Source of the DNA: Bacteroidota bacterium
Lineage (GTDB): Bacteria > Bacteroidota > Bacteroidia > UKL13-3
Direction: 5' to 3'
Length of the DNA stretch: 64,000 nucleotides
Assembly (NCBI GenBank): GCA_040388375.1
Contig: JAZKBU010000007.1
Coordinates: forward strand, 3,263-67,262
Each line of letters begins with the position of its first letter. Position 1 is the first letter of the stretch. The position numbers were made by a program, and so were the translations under genes. The notes beneath the pieces are model-generated. The model was not told the DNA's origin, ran no database searches, and saw only the letters and a program-made list of their open reading frames with translations. Positions 36,453 to 47,654 of the stretch are shown in pieces.

Positions 36453-37574
36453 ATGAAACAAAAGGCTTTACTCATTATTATTAGTTGTCTGCTTTGGCTT
36501 GGTACTTGGGCACAAGTGAGCAATACGGGTATGGTAGATCAAATGGACAGTGCTGAAAATGGTAAACTAAGTATTTCTGGTTACGTTGATATTTATTATG
36601 GATTCGATTTAAATCAACCAAAAACATCTGACCGTGATTATGCTGTTTCTTCTCCCAGGCATAATGAGTTTAACATTAACCTTACCTATATTGATTTAAA
36701 ATACCGTAACGATAAAGTAAGAGCCAGATTAATACCTGGTTTTGGTACCTATGTAAATAGCAACTATGCCAACGAAAAGGGCTCGTTAAAAAATATTATA
36801 GAAGCCAATGTAGGCATAAAGCTATTTAAGGCTAAAGATATTTGGGTAGATGTTGGGGTAATAGGTTCTCCTTATACCAATGAGTCTGCTGTTTCTAAAG
36901 ATCATTTTATGTACACACGCTCTTTCGCACCCGAGTATGTGCCTTATTATCTATCGGGAGCAAAGCTAACCCTTCCGTTAAGTAAGAAAGTAAATGCCTA
37001 TTTATATTTACTCAATGGTTGGCAACAAATTTCTGATGTAAACAATCCATTATCAATAGGTACACAAATAGAATATAGGCCAACCAATAAAATACTTTTG
37101 AATTGGGATACTTATTTAGGTGATGAAGAGTCGAAAGTAACCCCACATTTTGGGAATAGATACTTTACAGATATATATGCTATTTACAATCCTGACGGGC
37201 AATTTTCATTTACCAGTTGCGTATATATTGGTTGGCAGCAAGTAAAAGACACCGTGGCTAATAAAACAAATTTCAATCAGTGGTGGCAAGCCAATTTTAT
37301 AGGAAAATATAAAATAAATAAAAACACCTTTATAGCAGGGAGAGTGGAGTATTTTGAAGATAACCATGAAGTAATGATAAAACCGGTAACAGGTATTAAT
37401 GGCTTTAGTACATATAGCAGTGGTTTATGTTTAACAACTAAAGTGAGTAATAATGCTTTATTTAGAATAGAAGGCCGCAATTATTATAGCAACAAAGAAG
37501 TATATATAGATACTGACGGTAATAAAGCAAATAGTAGTAATTTATTAATTACCAATATTACAGTTTGGTTTTAA
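36453..37574 (+). CDS. Outer-membrane beta-barrel (porin-like) protein
   Basis: Start is likely the internal ATG at 36453 (MKQKALLIIISCLLWLGTWAQ signal). Alternating hydrophobic beta-strand pattern. C-terminal 'ITVWF' aromatic residue. Confidence 0.55.
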   Translation: MKQKALLIIISCLLWLGTWAQVSNTGMVDQMDSAENGKLSISGYVDIYYGFDLNQPKTSDRDYAVSSPRHNEFNINLTYIDLKYRNDKVRARLIPGFGTYVNSNYANEKGSLKNIIEANVGIKLFKAKDIWVDVGVIGSPYTNESAVSKDHFMYTRSFAPEYVPYYLSGAKLTLPLSKKVNAYLYLLNGWQQISDVNNPLSIGTQIEYRPTNKILLNWDTYLGDEESKVTPHFGNRYFTDIYAIYNPDGQFSFTSCVYIGWQQVKDTVANKTNFNQWWQANFIGKYKINKNTFIAGRVEYFEDNHEVMIKPVTGINGFSTYSSGLCLTTKVSNNALFRIEGRNYYSNKEVYIDTDGNKANSSNLLITNITVWF

Positions 37575-37654
37575 AACTTAGCCTTACATTATCAATAACA
37601 TGATTTCTTCAGTAAAATGAGATAACAACAACATTTATAAACTTTCTAAACCAA

Positions 37655-38836
37655 ATGACTATTCCAATAATTATTACTATTTGTATACTCCTTATTTTAG
37701 CTTATATCTTTGATGTTAGTTCATCAAAAACAAAAATACCATCCGTTATTTTATTGCTGCTTTTAGGCTGGGTAGTAAAACAAATTGTAGTGTTATTTCA
37801 ATTATCCATTCCCGACCTTACATCCATATTACCCATTTTAGGTACTGTTGGTTTAATTTTAATTGTATTAGAAGGTTCGTTAGAGCTGGAGTTTAATAAA
37901 TCAAAACTTCCTATCGTTATACAATCATCAATTATTGCATTGTTACCTATGTTATTGTTAAGCTTTGGTTTAGCCTGGGCTTTTCATTATGTTGGCCATA
38001 CCGGCTTTAAAAATGGTTTAGCCAATGCTATACCTTTTGCCATAGTGAGTAGTGCCATTGCCATACCCAGCGCTAAAAACTTAATAGCCCGCAACAAAGA
38101 ATTTGTGACTTACGAAAGTAGTTTGTCAGATATTTTTGGTGTTATACTTTTTAACTTTATTACTTTAAACGACAATATAGGCACCAAATCTATTGGTATA
38201 TTTTTGATAGAATTACTCATTATTTTAGTCGTTACATTTATTGCTACCTTGGGCTTGGCTTATTTGTTAAGCAAAATAAAACACCATGTAAAATTTGCCC
38301 CCATCATCTTAATCATTATTTTGATTTATGCCATTTCAAAAGTGTACCATTTACCGGCTTTAATTTTTATTTTATTGTTTGGCTTATTTCTGGGTAATTT
38401 AGACGAGTTGAAACAGTTTAAGTTTATCCAAAAACTAAAACCCAATATACTCAATCAGGAAGTACATAAGTTTAAAGAGTTAACTACCGAAATAGCCTTT
38501 TTAATTCGTGCCTTATTTTTTCTGCTTTTTGGTTACCTCATAGAAACAGCCGAACTGTTAAATTCAGAAACCATTTTATGGGCATTGGGGATTACCCTTG
38601 GTATTTTTAGCATACGTTATTTGTTTTTAAAAGTATTTAAATTACCAATAAGTCCCTTGTTGTTTATTGCACCCCGAGGACTCATTACCATACTTTTATT
38701 TTTAACCATACCCATTACGCAAACAATTGACATAGCCAATAAATCATTAATTATACAAGTAATAGTTTTAACGGCCTTGGTAATGATGTATGGTTTGATA
38801 AAACATAAAAATGCAGAAACCGTAGCAGCAACTTAA
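37655..38836 (+). CDS. Cation:proton antiporter family membrane protein
   Basis: About 12 TM helices and the Na+/H+-exchanger-like arrangement. Assignment from topology only. Confidence 0.5.
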   Translation: MTIPIIITICILLILAYIFDVSSSKTKIPSVILLLLLGWVVKQIVVLFQLSIPDLTSILPILGTVGLILIVLEGSLELEFNKSKLPIVIQSSIIALLPMLLLSFGLAWAFHYVGHTGFKNGLANAIPFAIVSSAIAIPSAKNLIARNKEFVTYESSLSDIFGVILFNFITLNDNIGTKSIGIFLIELLIILVVTFIATLGLAYLLSKIKHHVKFAPIILIIILIYAISKVYHLPALIFILLFGLFLGNLDELKQFKFIQKLKPNILNQEVHKFKELTTEIAFLIRALFFLLFGYLIETAELLNSETILWALGITLGIFSIRYLFLKVFKLPISPLLFIAPRGLITILLFLTIPITQTIDIANKSLIIQVIVLTALVMMYGLIKHKNAETVAAT

Positions 38837-38868
38837 TGCTTCTTGAGTCTGTTTATAAATCGTGTTAT

Positions 38869-39852
38869 TTACGATTCCTTCATAGCCATTTTATTGTATT
38901 TATTCCGGTACTCAATAGGAGTAAGCCCTGTTATCTTTTTAAATATAGTTCTAAACGATTTCGTGTCAGTATAACCTACATCAAACATCACCTCATTTAT
39001 ATTTTTTCGGCTGTTTTCAAAGCTACGTTTAGCCGCTTCAATTTTTATACGTTGTATGTATTCTAAAACCGAATTATTGGTAGCCAGTTTAAAACGCCTT
39101 TCAAAACTACGTCTGCCCACAGCTATAATAGTAGCCAAATCATCTACGCTTAGTTTTTCGTGAATATTGTTCTCTATATAAGTTTGTATTTTTTTGATAT
39201 CATCATCTTTATGATTCTTTTGGCCCTTAAACATGGCAAAAGTGGTCTGACTATCCCTGTCAATATCAATAGCAAAATATTTAGAGGCCAGTATAGCCGT
39301 TTCCCTATCCGTATATTTCTCCACCAGGTGCAATAATAAATTCCAGTACGAGTTAGCGCCACCACTTGAGTACAAACGGTTTTCTTCCGTAATAATACTA
39401 CCATCAATAACATCAACCTCAGGAAACATTTCCCTGAACTCATTTTGAAAACCCCAGTGTGTTGAACATTTTTTGCCATTTAACAAACCCGTAGAAGCCA
39501 GTAAAAAAGCACCTACACATAACGAGGCTACCTCCGCACCATTTTCATATTGTTTATTAATCCACGGTAATAAATCCTTGTTTTGGTTAATAGCTGATTG
39601 CATATCGCCAAACAGTGCAGGAATAATAACCAAATCACTTGGCGCATCATCATGTATTTGCGTATCAGTATGTATGGAGTACATGCCATTATTTATTTTT
39701 ACCTCCTTGGTACCGCCCACCAATTGTACTTGGAACAAAGGGCTTTTACCCGATGCCATTAAAAACTGGTTGACAGCCGAAAACAAATATTGAGGATCGG
39801 CAACGGCTTGCATAACCGATGATTCAGGAACTAATATGCTTACATGTTTCAT
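38869..39852 (-). CDS. GlxA-type transcriptional regulator: DJ-1/PfpI domain fused to an AraC HTH
   Basis: N-terminal class I glutamine amidotransferase-like fold (nucleophile-elbow Cys within LCVGAF). C-terminal AraC signature (TGLTPIEYRNKYN). Confidence 0.85.
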   Translation of the reverse strand: MKHVSILVPESSVMQAVADPQYLFSAVNQFLMASGKSPLFQVQLVGGTKEVKINNGMYSIHTDTQIHDDAPSDLVIIPALFGDMQSAINQNKDLLPWINKQYENGAEVASLCVGAFLLASTGLLNGKKCSTHWGFQNEFREMFPEVDVIDGSIITEENRLYSSGGANSYWNLLLHLVEKYTDRETAILASKYFAIDIDRDSQTTFAMFKGQKNHKDDDIKKIQTYIENNIHEKLSVDDLATIIAVGRRSFERRFKLATNNSVLEYIQRIKIEAAKRSFENSRKNINEVMFDVGYTDTKSFRTIFKKITGLTPIEYRNKYNKMAMKES

Positions 39853-40001
39853 GTTGTTTTATTGAAGTGATTGCGAATATAATAAAATAAATTGTCGCAA
39901 AACACCCTTTTGTTGCCGTTTATACACTGCTTTTATTTTGTAGAGTTATTACATATTTGTAGTGTTCAAAATCAAATAATATTCATTTAAAAAATATAGA
40001 C

Positions 40002-40850
40002 ATGCAAAAATTAGATTTTAAAATTAACATACAGGCAAGTGCTGCAAAAGTATGGCAGGTATTATGGACCGATGCACTTTACCGTAAATGGACCAATGTT
40101 TTTCACGAAGGTTCGTATGCCGTTTCCGATTTTCAACAAGGCAGCAAAGTATTGTTTTTAGGACCCGATGGTGGTGGTATGTATAGCGAAGTAACCGTAT
40201 GCAAACCCAAAGAAGAAATGTCGTTTACCCATTTGGGTATGGTAAAAGATTTTAAAGAATTACCTCTTGACGAAGAAACAAAGAAATGGAGTGGAGGAAT
40301 GGAACGTTATTTTTTAACAGAAGAAAACGGAACTACCCTATTGCATATAAGCTTAGATTCAGTAGAAGAATTCAAGGATTATTTTAATGAAACATTTCCC
40401 AAAGCAATCAATACCATAAAAGAGTTAGCTGAGCAACCCATATTAATTACCATAGAAGCACAGGTAGATGCACCCGTAGAAAAAGTATGGGAGTTTTGGA
40501 CTTCGCCCAAACACATTATGCAGTGGAACAATGCTTCTGATGACTGGCATACCACAAAAGCCGAAAACGATGTAAGAATAGGAGGTAGCTTTTCGTCAAG
40601 AATGGAAGCCAAAGACGGTAGCTTTGGGTTTGATTTTGGTGGCGTGTACGATGAGGTAAAACCAAATGAAGTACTGGCTTATACACTTGGCGATGGCAGG
40701 AAAGTAAAAATACTATTTAGCGAGCAAGGCAACCAAACAAAAATAACCGAAACCTTTGGTGCTGAAGAACAAAATACCATTGCATTACAGGAATTTGGCT
40801 GGCAGTCTATTTTAAACAATTTTAAAAAATACGCAGAAGCTAATAAATAG
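40002..40850 (+). CDS. SRPBCC superfamily protein with two AHSA1-like domains
   Basis: Two tandem copies of the Aha1/polyketide-cyclase-like module (…ASAAKVWQVLWTD…, …APVEKVWEFWTSP…). Confidence 0.6.
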   Translation: MQKLDFKINIQASAAKVWQVLWTDALYRKWTNVFHEGSYAVSDFQQGSKVLFLGPDGGGMYSEVTVCKPKEEMSFTHLGMVKDFKELPLDEETKKWSGGMERYFLTEENGTTLLHISLDSVEEFKDYFNETFPKAINTIKELAEQPILITIEAQVDAPVEKVWEFWTSPKHIMQWNNASDDWHTTKAENDVRIGGSFSSRMEAKDGSFGFDFGGVYDEVKPNEVLAYTLGDGRKVKILFSEQGNQTKITETFGAEEQNTIALQEFGWQSILNNFKKYAEANK

Positions 40851-40868
40851 TCAAAACAGTTTAATACC

Positions 40869-41282
40869 ATGACTACGCAAATTAATACCTACCTGACCTT
40901 TAGTGGCAATTGCCGCGAAGCAATGACCTTTTACCAAAGCTGTTTGGGAGGTGAATTGGTGTTCCAAACTATTGGAGAGTCGCCTTTGGCAGCACAAATG
41001 CCTGAGCAAATGAAAGCGTGTATTTTACATGCTACACTTACCAAAGATAGTTTGCTGTTAATGGGATCCGACATGGTAGCTTCAGCCGGGTTAATATTTG
41101 GTAATGCTGTTTCACTTTCTTTAAATTGCGCTAGCGAGGAAGAAATAAGAAACTGTTATAGCAAACTTTCGGTAGGTGGCCATGCTACCCATCCCTTAGA
41201 AAATAGTTTTTGGGGTGCTTTGTTTGGTGGCTTAACAGATAAGTATGGAAACCATTGGCTACTTAATTACAATAAAAATTAA
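40869..41282 (+). CDS. VOC/glyoxalase-family protein (PhnB-like)
   Basis: 'YLTFSGNCREAMTFYQSCLGGEL' N-terminus is typical of PhnB/3-demethylubiquinone-MT-like VOC proteins. Confidence 0.6.
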   Translation: MTTQINTYLTFSGNCREAMTFYQSCLGGELVFQTIGESPLAAQMPEQMKACILHATLTKDSLLLMGSDMVASAGLIFGNAVSLSLNCASEEEIRNCYSKLSVGGHATHPLENSFWGALFGGLTDKYGNHWLLNYNKN

Positions 41283-41311
41283 CAACACAATTAAATTAAA
41301 AATAAACTACT

Positions 41312-41680
41312 ATGAAAAAAACAACTACCCTTTACTGGATTATTACTTCTTTGTTTAGTGCATTTATGATTTTCACTGCTGTCCCGGATATTTTAATGGT
41401 GCCGGAAGCAGTTACTTTTATGAACCATTTAGGTTATCCCAATTATTTTATTCCATTTATTGGTGTAGCTAAAATTTTAGGTGCTATAGCTATTCTTATT
41501 CCTGGTTACCCACGTATTAAAGAATGGGCTTATGCAGGGTTAGCTTACGATTTAATAGGAGCCGTTTACTCAGCTGTATCTACTGATGGTTTTGACACCG
41601 GTATGTTATTTATGGTATTGCCATTTGGCTTCTTTGTTTGGTCGTATGTGCTATACCACAAAAAAATAGCAGCTGTTTAA
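41312..41680 (+). CDS. DoxX family membrane protein
   Basis: 122 aa with four TM helices. Confidence 0.6.
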   Translation: MKKTTTLYWIITSLFSAFMIFTAVPDILMVPEAVTFMNHLGYPNYFIPFIGVAKILGAIAILIPGYPRIKEWAYAGLAYDLIGAVYSAVSTDGFDTGMLFMVLPFGFFVWSYVLYHKKIAAV

Positions 41681-41691
41681 AGCAGACATAA

Positions 41692-41904
41692 ATGGTTGAA
41701 GTTTTTAAAACAAATGTGCAGGGAGTGGATGAATCAAAAATGATTATTCAGCAACTCCTTGCACATTTACCCGACAGTAAAATTAACTTTGATTTAGACG
41801 ATTGTGATTATATTCTGCGAGTAGAATCACTTTGCACCGCCACCGAAAGTATTATTTCTACAGTGCAATCAATGGGCTACCAGTGTGTGGAACTGGTTGA
41901 TTAG
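41692..41904 (+). CDS. Small hypothetical protein (70 aa)
   Basis: ORF 11 bp downstream of doxX. No recognisable motif. Confidence 0.35.
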   Translation: MVEVFKTNVQGVDESKMIIQQLLAHLPDSKINFDLDDCDYILRVESLCTATESIISTVQSMGYQCVELVD

Positions 41905-41913
41905 TAAATACAA

Positions 41914-41950
41914 GTAACTGCTTTACAGTTAGGAACGGGCAGTTTTTTTG
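41914..41950 (+). terminator. Probable rho-independent terminator
   Basis: aactgc...gcagtt stem followed by T7. Confidence 0.45.
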
Positions 41951-42061
41951 TTGGTTAAGTATTACTCCAATACCTTCAAAACCAAATCAAACCTCTTAAA
42001 AAAAATATTTATATAGCCCGTAAATAATTTTTACATTGCCCCCTCAAAATTTTATTAAAGA

Positions 42062-44209
42062 ATGAAGAAAATAATTACAAGTGTGCTTATTTTATTGATG
42101 CTTGGTGTAAAAGTATCGAAAGCAGATGAAGGCATGTGGTTACCATTGCTATTGCAGGAAAACTATGCCGACATGAAAAAGAAAGGGTTGAAATTAACAG
42201 CCGAACAGTTGTACAGTGCCAATAACTCAAGCATGAAAGATGCGATAGTTTGGTTTGGTGGCGGTTGCACAGGCGAGGTTATTTCAAACCAAGGTTTGGT
42301 TTTAACCAATCACCATTGCGGATACGATGCCATTGCAGGTAAATCAACCCGAAAAGACAATATTTTAGATAACGGTTTTTGGGCTAAAGATAAAAGCGAA
42401 GAAAAACAGATTGAAGGTTTAACAGTAGCTTTTGTAAAAAGCATTAGTGATGTAAGCGCCAAAGTAATGGAAGAGGTAAAAGGCATGGACGAAAAAACAC
42501 GTACCGCTAAACTACCTAGTATATACAAAAAAATAGTTGACGAAGCTATAAAAGGAACAGGTTACGAAGGCTTGGTACGCGAAATGTACAAAGGCAATGC
42601 TTATTACCTGTTTATATTAGAGCGTTTTACCGATATCCGTTTAGTAGGTACACCACCACAAAACATTGGTAAATTTGGTGGCGAAACTGATAACTGGATG
42701 TGGCCACGCCACACTGGCGATTTCAGTATGTTCCGTATTTACAGCAGTAAAGACGGCAAGCCGGCTAAATACAGTGAAGAAAATGTTCCTTACACACCAA
42801 AACACTCATTACCCATTAACTTAAAAGGTATAAAAAGTGGCGATTACGCTATGATTATGGGTTTTCCTGGTCGTACCAACCGTTATGAGTTTAGCAAAGG
42901 TGTGCAGATTATTACCGATAAAGTAGATCCAACCATAGTAGCTTTACGCGATATCCGTTTAAATGCATGGAACGAACAAATGAGCAAAGATGTGGATACA
43001 CGTTTAAAACTATCTTCAAACAAAGCATCAATTGCCAATTACTGGAAATTTTACAGAGGTGAATATGAGCAATTAAAAAAGAACAAAGTATTTGAACAAA
43101 AACAAGCCGAAGAAAAAGCATTTGCTAAATGGGCGGCTGATAAAGACGAATACAAAAACTTATTGGCAGATGTTGACAAAACTTTTGATGCTTACAGGCC
43201 AATAAGCCAACAACGTACCTTCTTAAACGAAGCTATTTTAGCACCCACCGTTTCAGCATTGGCAAACTTAGCAAGCGCTATGGAAGATGCAGTAAGCAAA
43301 GGCGATGAAAAACAAATAACAGGTTTAAAAGAACAAGTAATGGGCGCTATGGAAGATTTACCATACGAATCGTTAGTGGTAAAAGCCGATAAACGTATTT
43401 TTGATAGTATTTTATTGTACTACTACAATAATGTACCAAAAGACCAACAAGCACCATTAATGGGTGAGATTATTGCAAAATACAATGCAGGAAATCCGGC
43501 AGCAGCTATTAAAGCTTATACTGATGATGTGTTTGCACACAGTATTTTTGCCGATAAAAAAATGGTAGAAGGCTGGGTTGTTAACCCCCGTTTAAGCATG
43601 TTACATAACGATATAGCTTACAAACACGTAAAAGCATTTAAAGACCATTATATCAATAACTATAAATCTAAAGTAGACGCTTTTAACGAAAGCAGTTTAG
43701 CCTTAGGCAGATTGTATATTAAAGGTTTAATGGAAATGAACAAAAGCCGCAAGTTCTATCCTGATGCAAATTCATCGTTGCGTTTAACTTACGGTACTGT
43801 AAAACCATATGGTAAATTTCCTTTGATTACCAATTTAGATGAAGTAATAGCTAAAAACATAAAATACGCTGATCAACCAGAACAAGAGTTTGCTATTCCT
43901 GAAAGATTAAAAGAATTACACAAAGCCAAAGATTACGGTCGTTATGCTATGAAGGATGGTAAATTACCAGTTGCTTTTTTAACCGATAACGATATTACAG
44001 GTGGAAACAGTGGTAGCCCGGTAATTGATGGCGAAGGCCAGATTATAGGTTTAGCTTTTGACGGAAACTGGGAAGCTATGAGTGGTAATATACACTTTGA
44101 CCCGGCTAACAAACGTACTATCTGTGTTGATATCCGTTACGTATTGTGGTTAGTTGACAAATTTGGTCAGGCTCCACATATAGTAGCAGAAATGAACATT
44201 GTTCAATAA
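42062..44209 (+). CDS. S46 family dipeptidyl-peptidase (DPP7/DPP11-like)
   Basis: Mature N-terminus 'DEGMWLP'. Catalytic His (NHHCG), Asp and Ser (TGGNSGSPV). 715 aa. Confidence 0.9.
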   Translation: MKKIITSVLILLMLGVKVSKADEGMWLPLLLQENYADMKKKGLKLTAEQLYSANNSSMKDAIVWFGGGCTGEVISNQGLVLTNHHCGYDAIAGKSTRKDNILDNGFWAKDKSEEKQIEGLTVAFVKSISDVSAKVMEEVKGMDEKTRTAKLPSIYKKIVDEAIKGTGYEGLVREMYKGNAYYLFILERFTDIRLVGTPPQNIGKFGGETDNWMWPRHTGDFSMFRIYSSKDGKPAKYSEENVPYTPKHSLPINLKGIKSGDYAMIMGFPGRTNRYEFSKGVQIITDKVDPTIVALRDIRLNAWNEQMSKDVDTRLKLSSNKASIANYWKFYRGEYEQLKKNKVFEQKQAEEKAFAKWAADKDEYKNLLADVDKTFDAYRPISQQRTFLNEAILAPTVSALANLASAMEDAVSKGDEKQITGLKEQVMGAMEDLPYESLVVKADKRIFDSILLYYYNNVPKDQQAPLMGEIIAKYNAGNPAAAIKAYTDDVFAHSIFADKKMVEGWVVNPRLSMLHNDIAYKHVKAFKDHYINNYKSKVDAFNESSLALGRLYIKGLMEMNKSRKFYPDANSSLRLTYGTVKPYGKFPLITNLDEVIAKNIKYADQPEQEFAIPERLKELHKAKDYGRYAMKDGKLPVAFLTDNDITGGNSGSPVIDGEGQIIGLAFDGNWEAMSGNIHFDPANKRTICVDIRYVLWLVDKFGQAPHIVAEMNIVQ

Positions 44210-44227
44210 ACAATTATTTAAACTCAA

Positions 44228-44626
44228 ATGAAAAAAGTATTTGCTATAGCATTGTTAAGTATAAGCTTGGTGGCTTGTAATAACGACCCTCGTGCAAAAT
44301 TACCTGCAACAGGTAGTTTTGGTCAACCAGTAGTGGCTGATACCGTTAAAACAGTAAGCGATGTATTGACCTTGTTACAAACGGGTAATAATATACCCGT
44401 TAAAGTAACCGGTACCATTGACAAATACTGCAAAGGCGAAGGTTGTTGGTTAACCCTTGAAAATAAAGGTAGCGAACCTTTGTTTGTAGAGGTGGAGAAC
44501 AAAGCCTTTGTTTTACCTTTAAATATTGAAGGTAAAATAGCTACTGTACAAGGCAATGCTGTAAAAGAAATCAAAGATGGTAAAGAAGAAGTGAGGATTA
44601 TAGCTTCAGGAGTAACCATTCAATAA
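44228..44626 (+). CDS. Hypothetical lipoprotein (132 aa)
   Basis: Lipobox LVAC-N. Immediately downstream of the S46 peptidase gene. Confidence 0.5.
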   Translation: MKKVFAIALLSISLVACNNDPRAKLPATGSFGQPVVADTVKTVSDVLTLLQTGNNIPVKVTGTIDKYCKGEGCWLTLENKGSEPLFVEVENKAFVLPLNIEGKIATVQGNAVKEIKDGKEEVRIIASGVTIQ

Positions 44627-44743
44627 TTATATTTTTATTAAAAAAATGCTCTATGCTGCAACGGCATGGGGCATTTTTTATGTCTAAGGTTCGAATGTTA
44701 GTTTAAAAATCATTATTTTACTACTTTCGCCTTTCCAATAGGT

Positions 44744-46408
44744 ATGCTACAAAAGTTAAACATTAAAAATTACGCTATTATTAAACAAGTTGATATAGAG
44801 TTTCATAAAAACTTTAATATTATAACGGGTGAAACAGGTGCCGGTAAATCAATATTGATGGGCGCTTTGGGCTTAATTTTAGGCGATAGGGCAGATGCAA
44901 AATCTATTATGACCGATGAAGATAAATGTGTAATTGAGGCACAATATTTCATCAAATCGTACAAGCTAAAGCCTTATTTTAGTGCTAATGAATTAGATTA
45001 TGACGATGTATGTATAGTAAGACGCGAAATTACCAGCAACGGTAAATCAAGAGCATTTATTAATGATACACCGGTAACTTTAAATCAGTTAAAAGATTTA
45101 GGCAGTTTATTAATTGATATAGTTAGCCAGCATGAAACATTGGCTTTAAACGATAATGCATTCCAATTATCGGTAATAGATGCCATTGCCGATCATGAAG
45201 ACGTTTTAAACAATTATAAAAATAACTTTCAGCAGTATAAAAAAGCAGAAAAGTATTTGGCTGAATTGATGGAGCGTGAAGCAAAATCAAAACAAGATGA
45301 AGACTATTTCCAGTTTATTCTAAACGAATTGGTGGAAGCCAATTTACAGGAAAATGAACAACAGGAATTAGAATTACAGCTAAGCATATTAAGCAATGCA
45401 GAGCAAATAAAAGAAGCTACTTATAACGCTTATGCAGGTTTAGATGTAGCAGAGCAAAATATAATAGACCAATTACGCGCTATTAAAAATACCATTACGC
45501 CCGTTGCTAAACACAATATCTTAATAGTTGATTTGGCACAAAGAGTTGAACAAAGTATAGTAGAGTTAAAAGACATAGCTGCGGAGTTAGATGGCATTTC
45601 AGAAAAAACCAATGCAGACCCCAAAGAACTAGAACGTGTAGAAGAAAGATTACAGTTGTTATTTGCTTTGCAAAAAAAACACCGTGTAGCAAACAATGCA
45701 GAATTGTTGGCATTGCAACAAAAACTGGAAAATGATTTATTGCAAATAGGTTCATTACAACACGAAATTGAAATAAAACAAACAGAATTAACGTTACTCA
45801 AAAACAGTTTAACAAATAGTGCACAAACCATTAGTAGCAAGCGAGCCAGTGTTAAAACACAAGTGGAGCAAAAAGTAAAACTATTATTGGCACAGGTGGC
45901 TATGCCCGATGCGTCATTGCAAATAAACCAAACCGTATTGGCTACCGAGCAAATGAACATAAACGGAATAGATAAAATAGAGTTTATGTTTTCGGCCAAT
46001 AAAGGTTCCGCATTTCAACCCATTAGCAAAGTAGCCAGTGGGGGAGAGCTGAGCCGTTTAATGTTATGTATTAAATCGCTCATTAGCGAAAAAGTAAGTT
46101 TACCAAGTATTGTTTTCGATGAGATAGATACAGGTATTAGCGGGGAAGCGGCATTAAAAGTATCGCAGGTATTACAAAAACATGCAAGTAAGCACCAAAT
46201 AATAGCCATTACCCATTTACCACAAATTGCAGCCAAAGCTGATGCGCATTTTAATGTTTACAAACAAAACATAGGCAATAAAACAGTATCAAATATTAAA
46301 TTGCTGAATAAAAGTGAACAAATTAATGAGATAGCAGTGATGCTAAGTGGTAATAATCCAACCGACCAGGTAGTATTAGCAGCCAAAGAATTAATGATGA
46401 GTAACTAA
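44744..46408 (+). CDS. recN: DNA repair protein RecN
   Basis: N-terminal Walker A 'ITGETGAGKSIL', long coiled-coil middle, and C-terminal SMC signature and Walker B (LPSIVFDEIDTGISG). Confidence 0.9.
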   Translation: MLQKLNIKNYAIIKQVDIEFHKNFNIITGETGAGKSILMGALGLILGDRADAKSIMTDEDKCVIEAQYFIKSYKLKPYFSANELDYDDVCIVRREITSNGKSRAFINDTPVTLNQLKDLGSLLIDIVSQHETLALNDNAFQLSVIDAIADHEDVLNNYKNNFQQYKKAEKYLAELMEREAKSKQDEDYFQFILNELVEANLQENEQQELELQLSILSNAEQIKEATYNAYAGLDVAEQNIIDQLRAIKNTITPVAKHNILIVDLAQRVEQSIVELKDIAAELDGISEKTNADPKELERVEERLQLLFALQKKHRVANNAELLALQQKLENDLLQIGSLQHEIEIKQTELTLLKNSLTNSAQTISSKRASVKTQVEQKVKLLLAQVAMPDASLQINQTVLATEQMNINGIDKIEFMFSANKGSAFQPISKVASGGELSRLMLCIKSLISEKVSLPSIVFDEIDTGISGEAALKVSQVLQKHASKHQIIAITHLPQIAAKADAHFNVYKQNIGNKTVSNIKLLNKSEQINEIAVMLSGNNPTDQVVLAAKELMMSN

Positions 46409-46415
46409 AATTTGC

Positions 46416-47639
46416 ATGAAAGTAATTTTTAATAAATATAATCAATCCATTATGCTGTTTTTTTTATGGCTTTGGACTGTTGGTTTATTTACCGTAGATA
46501 AATTCAGAGTGCTTTCCAGTATATCCATGATTGGGTTTTCAGCCATTGGTTTGTTATCAGCACCACCTAAATATTGGTTTAAAAACTATTATAACAACAA
46601 ATCATTTTTTGCATTAGGCATTAGTTTTTTTATACTATTTCCATCCTATTTATACTCTACCAATACCGATTACTTGTGTAAAAAAGTATTACTACTCCTG
46701 CCTTATTTTGTATTGCCCTTTACCTATGTACAAATTAAACCATTCAATAAAGACCATATACAAATTATCATCAATACCTTTTGTATAGGTGTAATTATAA
46801 CTGCCGTACAGGCATTAATTTACTACTATAACAATGCCAGCGAGGTCAATCAGGCTTATTTAGAAAGCAGGGTAATGCCAACCGCAGTAGCACATCATCC
46901 AACATTTAGTTTAATGTGTGCTTTAGCCATTTATTTTTTATACTATAATTTTAAAAATGCTGAAACACTCAAATACCAAATTATCAATGCCGTAGGAGCT
47001 GTTTTATTAGTTGTATTTATTCATATATTTTCGGTAAGAGCAGGCTTACTAGCGTTCTATCTGCTAATGCTTTTAGCTATTTACGAACAAGTAATCATAT
47101 ACAAAAAGATAAAATTAGTAGTGGCTATGGTAGTGGTATGCTTAACCGTGGCAGGTTTAACCTTCGCGTTTTCACCTACCATTCGCAACAAAATAGCCAA
47201 TACACAAAACGACATAGACAACTACCAAAGCGGTAAAAGTGTAAACAACCAATCATTGGGAAGCAGAATTATTTCCTACAAAAATGCCATTGAAATAGCC
47301 TCCAATACCTCCGTATTATTTGGTTGTGGGTTAGGCGATATTGAAGACCTCAATAACCAATTGTTTGCCACCAAATATCCCGAAGTAAGTAAAAGAATCA
47401 TACCACATAATCAGTTCCTTTTTTATTATGCAGCCATTGGTTTATTAGGCGTATTCATATTTATACTAGCCTTTTATTTTCCATTGTATAAAAATTTCAG
47501 CAACCTGTACTTAGTAGCACAATACATAGTTGTTACCGTAGCGTTTTTAATTGAAGCCTTTCTAACCACCCAATTAGGTGTATCATTTTCACTGTTATTC
47601 CTGCTGTTGTTTATCAATAATAAGCAAGCAAGCTTATAG
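46416..47639 (+). CDS. O-antigen ligase (Wzy_C)-like polytopic membrane protein
   Basis: About 10 TM helices. 'SVRAGLLAF' loop resembles the Wzy_C/WaaL motif. Confidence 0.5.
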   Translation: MKVIFNKYNQSIMLFFLWLWTVGLFTVDKFRVLSSISMIGFSAIGLLSAPPKYWFKNYYNNKSFFALGISFFILFPSYLYSTNTDYLCKKVLLLLPYFVLPFTYVQIKPFNKDHIQIIINTFCIGVIITAVQALIYYYNNASEVNQAYLESRVMPTAVAHHPTFSLMCALAIYFLYYNFKNAETLKYQIINAVGAVLLVVFIHIFSVRAGLLAFYLLMLLAIYEQVIIYKKIKLVVAMVVVCLTVAGLTFAFSPTIRNKIANTQNDIDNYQSGKSVNNQSLGSRIISYKNAIEIASNTSVLFGCGLGDIEDLNNQLFATKYPEVSKRIIPHNQFLFYYAAIGLLGVFIFILAFYFPLYKNFSNLYLVAQYIVVTVAFLIEAFLTTQLGVSFSLLFLLLFINNKQASL

Positions 47640-47654
47640 AATAATAGCCCTGTG

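Noticed and set aside
44631-44700. Terminator after the 44228-44626 lipoprotein gene
   Set aside because: The aaaaaatgc...gcatttttt pairing has a 20-nt poorly structured loop. Too irregular to call with confidence.
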